From NCBI RefSeq assembly GCF_009914755.1, contig NC_060928.1: DNA of 64,000 bases. One strand, given 5' to 3'. The stretch is from the human T2T-CHM13v2.0 reference genome, Homo sapiens. Numbering within the stretch: the first letter of the stretch is position 1; each line of letters starts with the position of its first letter. The position numbers and the translations under genes are program-made. Positions 56,833-64,000 of the stretch are shown here, in pieces. The notes under the pieces were generated by a model. That model searched no databases. It saw only the letters and a program-made list of their open reading frames with translations, and was not told the DNA's origin.

Positions 56833-59389
56833 GCTAGGTAACTTATGAAAAGATCACACAGCTTGAAATTTGGGGAACCTGTCAAACACACAGTGCATAT
56901 ATATTCTATATATCAACAATTCTTATCACTGACCACTGCCTATTACTTCTTTCTACAATATTGCTGAGGATAAAGTGATTCCAAGAGAATGAAATGTTTT
57001 CATTTTATAATAAATTAGTCTTAAATTATATCCATTTCATTCATAGTGACTGTGAACAACAGGTACCAATGACTGTCCACAGGAGGCCAGACATAATCTG
57101 TGATAGTTGGGGCCAAACTATGTCATGTGAATCCATTGCTCAAAAATTGATATTTGAGTCCTTCTATGAGCCACAACAGAGTAATAAAAAGTAATCAGAA
57201 TTTATTTCAATCTTTTAAAGTTTATCTCAAAGGCATGTTTTGATTCTAACAGAAAGCCCTTTCTTGCTTGCTTTATAAGTAATTATTTCATGTGGTTTAA
57301 ACATTTTCCTAAATTTTATCTCATGGCATTATGAGGAAAATTTACAAAATAATCAGGTTTCTCAAAATAATGCAATTAATTTGACCCCAAATCATTAATG
57401 CCACATTTAAAATAGTGTGTTTATGCTTTAATTTGTCCTTACAAATGATGTTTTTATTATATTGTCTTACTTTTATTGATATAAATTTAGAGGGGACAAG
57501 TGCAGTTTTGTCACATGGATGTATTATATAGTGGTGAAGTCTAGCATTATCCTATCATTGAGAATATTTTAATATTGATTTTCCCCAAGACCAGTGAAAC
57601 CATCTCAAACACTGGATGCTTCCATCAACACTTTGCAATATAGCAGGATTACAAAGAAACTTCTGTTGAAGTTATTTAAATTCCTTAGTGACAGTGCTGC
57701 AAAGAAAATTACTCCAGTACAAACTTAGTTAATTTTATTCTGTGTAGGCAGTCTGATATTAATTATAAGGTATGGTATAACTACCACTTTCTGGATGGGT
57801 TGCATAATCAACTGAATAATAATGTGTTTATACTTAAGAATACAGTTGTTTGATAGATTTTCAAAGTGTTAAGGTTTGTGAATATTATGACATATTATGA
57901 AGGTAAGAATATAATATAAAATAATATATATGTATTTTGTTATATGTAATATCATATACTCTTGTACCCTCTTATGAAACGTCAGTGAAGATTTGAATAC
58001 AGCTTAGAGAAAACTTGTCATTAGCACAGTATGAGCTGAGTGACACCACAGAACCATGGATATAGGATGGACTAGAGTTCTAAATATAAGGTTGATTTCC
58101 TGGCTTTCTATTAATTACTGGGCATAGAGTCTTGGACACTTTTGCTGACCTCTCTTAGGGTCAGTTTCCCCGTGCCACCTATCTTATAAGATGGTTGCAT
58201 TGGTTGGAATTGAATAGGGTGTGTTTTGCAGACTGCATGTCACCTTCAGGTGTTTTCTGTCTACACTGTTAATGCATCCTGACATTTGAGGAGGGGAACC
58301 CTTTACATACGTGAAAGTCCCAAGGCTAAACCGGATGAAACTGTTGCTGTAGCAGGATGCCTAAGACCCATCCTCTATCCTCACTTATTACTGCTCACCT
58401 AACCCCTACATCTGGCACCTGCATAATGGAAACCCAGGGATCGGGGGAGTAAACCTATAAACACACACTGCATTATCTGCCCTTAAAGATAAATGTTTTA
58501 ATTCCTCTCTCTCTCCCTCCCCCACCTCTCTATTGAACATATATTTGACTAAGTGTCTCCTCCCATTCCAGGGGCAAGGGGAAAAGTACAAATGGATGCC
58601 CACATTATCATATGTCTAAATAATTACAACATAAGCTAATATTTATTCTGCTAAATAAAAAATATCTTCCCTCCTGTATTGAGACACTTGCTTCTAAATG
58701 ACCTAGAAAGCCAGGTTCAAACTGAAAATTTTCAGATTTCTTGGAGTTCTGACCTCTGGTCCCTGACCCCCAGCATGTTCTCCCTCTTTTCCCATCTCCA
58801 AGTTCATCCATACCATGACAGGTGTTGTACACACACAAGTGGACATTCCAACCAATATGTCAAAACTTTATCCATCCCAAACAGCAAAAAAGCTCATTCT
58901 ATTCTTGACCACCACTGTGGCCTAGGGGTGCTTATATTGGCAGAATGATCATTCCTTAGGACTGATCTGGGAAATAGGCTCTGACAGACCATGAGAGAGG
59001 GTACAAGGCCTTTGGAGCTTGGACTCCCAGGGCTGCAGGTCCTTGACGCATATGGTAGAAGGAGAGTTTTGCCTATTAAATGAACATGTGTTCTTAGTCC
59101 CTGTGACTCCTTATCCCATGGGAAAGGTAATTAATAAAGAAAGGATTTTTTTTCCTCTTTACAAATCTAAAGGGAGAAGAAGGTTCCCAATTTTGACATA
59201 ATTTTTCAGTTGTCATATTGTTACAGTTGAGAGTTATTGTGTTGATCCAGGCATCTTTCCCTATTCAGTTGCTCCTGGTAACTGAAATCATTTACTTGAC
59301 CAGCATTTCATAAGGAAATAAAATTCTGAAGGCAAATTAGAGACAATTCTTGTTTTCAGCTTTGATAGTAGGTGATGAATTTGGGTGGG

Positions 59390-59767
59390 TGTATTAGTCT
59401 GCTAGGAATGCCATAACACAATATCACAGACTGAGTGGGTGGCTTAAATAACATAAATTAATTTTTCACAGTACTGAAGCCTGGGAGCCCAAGATGAAGG
59501 TGCTAGCAGGGTTGTTTTTTTCTGTGATCTTCTTTCCTGGATTGCAATCTTCTTCTTATGTCCTCACATGTCCTTTTCTCTATGCATGTGCACTCATGAT
59601 GTATGTCTCTGTCTCTTCTTATAAGGCCATCATTCCTATTGTATTATGTCCCCATTCTTATAATCTAATTTAAACTTAGTTGACCTATCTCCAAATACAG
59701 TCACATTGGGGGTTAGGGCTTCAATACAGGATTTTAGGGAAGGGAGGCAAAATTCAGTCCATAATGG
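59390..59767 (-). mobile_element. MLT1A/B solo LTR
   Basis: tgtattagtctgctagg...tctccaaatacagtcacattgggggttagggcttcaa...aattcagtccata. Confidence 0.88.
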
Positions 59768-60253
59768 CGGGTCATATAGATTCCAATCAACAGGTTTAAA
59801 TATCAGATACAAAGAACTGTGCTAGGTGCTCTGGAGAATAAAAAGACTAAATGGCTTAACTTCACCCTCTTACTTCCCTGCACACTTACTCCCAAAACTT
59901 TGCACGTTGGACAATCATAAAATTTGTGTTAACTAAAAAAGTTGGTCCAAAGTTTCTTACCTTTCCAGTATTGTTTTCTTGTAAAGTTAACGTAAAGTGT
60001 TCATCCTGTCTGCCTTATAACCTATGAAAGAGAAAAATCAAATTTATTACATGTTCTCAATTAAGAGAAGCTAGTGAGGGCCCACCATGTGCCAGGGTCT
60101 TTAATTCCATCATTTAATGAATTATCAGTAGTACTCAATACAATATAAAAGTGATATATATCCTCCCTATAAAGGAGGAATCTGAAGTTCCTCCTTTAAA
60201 TTGTTTAAATATTACTAAATAAGTTGTTTAGTAATCTTTGAAGCCAAAAACAA

Positions 60254-60615
60254 TGTATCTTCATGTGTTTGAGATTCTATAACAAAATACCATAGACTGG
60301 GTAGCTTATAAACAATAGAAATTTATTTCTCACAGTTCTGGAGGCTGGGAAGTCCAAGATGAAGGTGCTAGCAGATTATCTGTCTGATAAGGGCCCATTT
60401 TCTGATTTATAGATACTGTCTTCTAGCTGCATCCCTACTTGGTGGAAATGACTAGTTAGTTCTGTGAGGTCTCCTTTCTACAGGTGCCATTCATAAGAGA
60501 GGATCCCTTACAACCTAATAATCTCCAAAAGGGCCTGCCCCTGTTAATGCCATCACTTTTGGGGTTAGAATTGTATATTAATCATGAGAGGGCAGAAATA
60601 GTCAGGCCACAGCAC
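60254..60615 (-). mobile_element. MLT1A solo LTR
   Basis: aacaaaataccatagactgggtagcttataaacaatagaaatttatttctcacagttctggaggctggg. Confidence 0.88.
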
Positions 60616-61594
60616 TGTGTGATATCACCACTTTGTCCTGTCGCAGTAGCTCTGCTGCAGGTAGACTGGGATCTTCCTTCCTACCCAGCTCATAGTTTCC
60701 TGAGGCAAAGCAGAAAAATAATATGCTGCACTACACAATTTAGATCACCACTAATTATTTAAATGAATGGTAGTAGAGGCATAGCTCCAAGACCTGGATA
60801 TCTCTATATTCTTGAATTGACAATAGCAATAACTTTGTATTAAAAAATTGATATAAATTGAAGATAATTTTTAAGCCATATGATTCCATAAAGTAAAATT
60901 TATCACAAAGTAATTGATCCTATTGTCTTTGGTTTATTTTTTTTCTTTATCAATTCCTGCTCAAACATTATCTTTGATGAGAATGTGAAGGCTTCCTTGA
61001 AGGCAGTAAGGGAAATTTAACTCCCAATAATTGTAATCACAATAATGAACAAAGGAGGAACCCTAAAAATAAATCGAATTGAGAATATTACTTTGTTATT
61101 TTCTGGCAGTATTTTGATCACAATATCCCATCATTGCTGATTTGTAAGAAAAAGGGAGGAACTTAAGGCTTTTCTTTTAAATTCTTCTCTTCTTTGGAAG
61201 ATAGTGACAGAGCAAAGCATTGGCTGCAGGAGACATTACTTGCTATAGCATTTGTCTCTCCTCATGGCTCCAGATGTGGTTTTACTGACTATATTGGAAT
61301 TGCCTCTGGTCCTGGGTTTTTGGAAGAGGCTGTTCTGATTTAACTAGGAAACCTTTCTTCCTAGAAGCTGTTCTCCTTTGAATAACCTTCAATTTTAATT
61401 TGTAAACTAGGAAAAATATAAGTGAAAATTTTGGGGGTCTATTTTCCTGTAGTACAAATATAAAGCAAGTCAAATATGCAAAAAATATAATTTTCATTTG
61501 ACTCACTCTAGTTAAAATTGTGCAATTATAAGTAATAATATATAGATGATTGTTTCAGCAAATTTGGAATAATTCACTAAATACAGTGGCTTCT

Positions 61595-61930
61595 TTTGTA
61601 TTTTTATTTATTTGTATTTAATTTTTTATTTTATTTTATTTTTTGAGACGGATTCTTGCTCTGTCACCCAGGCTGGAGTGCAATAGCACGATCTTGGCTC
61701 ACTGCAACCTCTGCCTCCAGGGTTCAAGCCATTCTCAATGCCTCAGCCTCCTGAGTAGCTGGGACTACAGGCATGTGCCACCATGCCCGGCTAATTTTTG
61801 TATTTTTTTAGTAGAGACGGGGTTTCACTATGTGGGCCAGGCCAGTCTTGAACTCCTGACCTCAAGTGATCCACCCACCTCAGCCTCCCAAAGTGTTGGA
61901 ATTACAGGCATCAACCACAGCCCCCATCCC
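61595..61930 (-). mobile_element. AluS
   Basis: Full reverse Alu with a degenerate T-rich tail; gcttcttt on both flanks. Confidence 0.95.
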
Positions 61931-62489
61931 AATTGCTTCTTTAAAGATAGATTTAATAATAGGAAAATATATGTTTTGCAGGTATTAATTTTATGATCAT
62001 TATTATTATTAACCTAATTATAATGTTATGACTTCGGAAACCTTTTTACTATTCTGTTATATAACAAGTTTTGCTTTTTATTTTTTCTATTTTTAAAATA
62101 CCTATCAGGATAATTTTCGCAGAAAAGAGTAAGAAATGCAAGCATTCTCCAGATAACAAGAATGATAGGAAGTTGAATGAGGATAATAATGGGAATTAGA
62201 TTGATCCAATATGGACATGTTTCATAGATCTTTAAACTATATTAAATTATCATAATAAATAAACTATTTAAACTTTATTAAATTGTCCATTTAAAATGTT
62301 TATTTATGGGATAATGATGTGAGTTGAATGTGCAGAGTGTGGAACATAAAATGTAAATAGTTTGGTACATAGTATGGAAACAATAGTGCCACAGAACTAG
62401 TCTTTAAGCCTACCTAGATGGCATAAATAATAGAATCTTCTGGTTATTTTCCTAAAGATAATTTTCATGCCTAAGAAAGAAACAATATT

Positions 62490-64000
<1,511 letters not shown>

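Overview
AT-rich, CpG-poor primate (most likely human) genomic DNA that looks intergenic or deep intronic. I find no credible protein-coding gene, RNA gene or CpG-island promoter. A large part of the window is interspersed repeat: about 15 Alus/Alu monomers, L1s from ancient L1M/HAL1 to young L1PA, MaLR LTRs (MLT1, THE1/MST), a HERV-K-class solo LTR (LTR14C-like), an ERV1-type LTR, MIR, L2, MER20 and MER58A. The listed ORFs are repeat-derived or chance; the only ones with real protein homology are decayed L1 ORF2 pieces. I see no evidence of a new biological system. The best observations are structural: (i) an Alu carrying a ~46-bp insert copied from unique DNA ~430 bp downstream; (ii) an old two-part local duplication (53.9-55.8 kb vs 57.4 and 59.9-60.6 kb) in which one copy holds a 5'-inverted L1PA2-like insertion and the other keeps the empty site; (iii) a ~9-kb nest of insertions including a two-LTR MLT1 provirus; (iv) a candidate 75-nt exon; (v) a compound fold-back palindrome. 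Subfamily names come from recalled consensus sequences, not a database search, and boundaries of old repeats are approximate.
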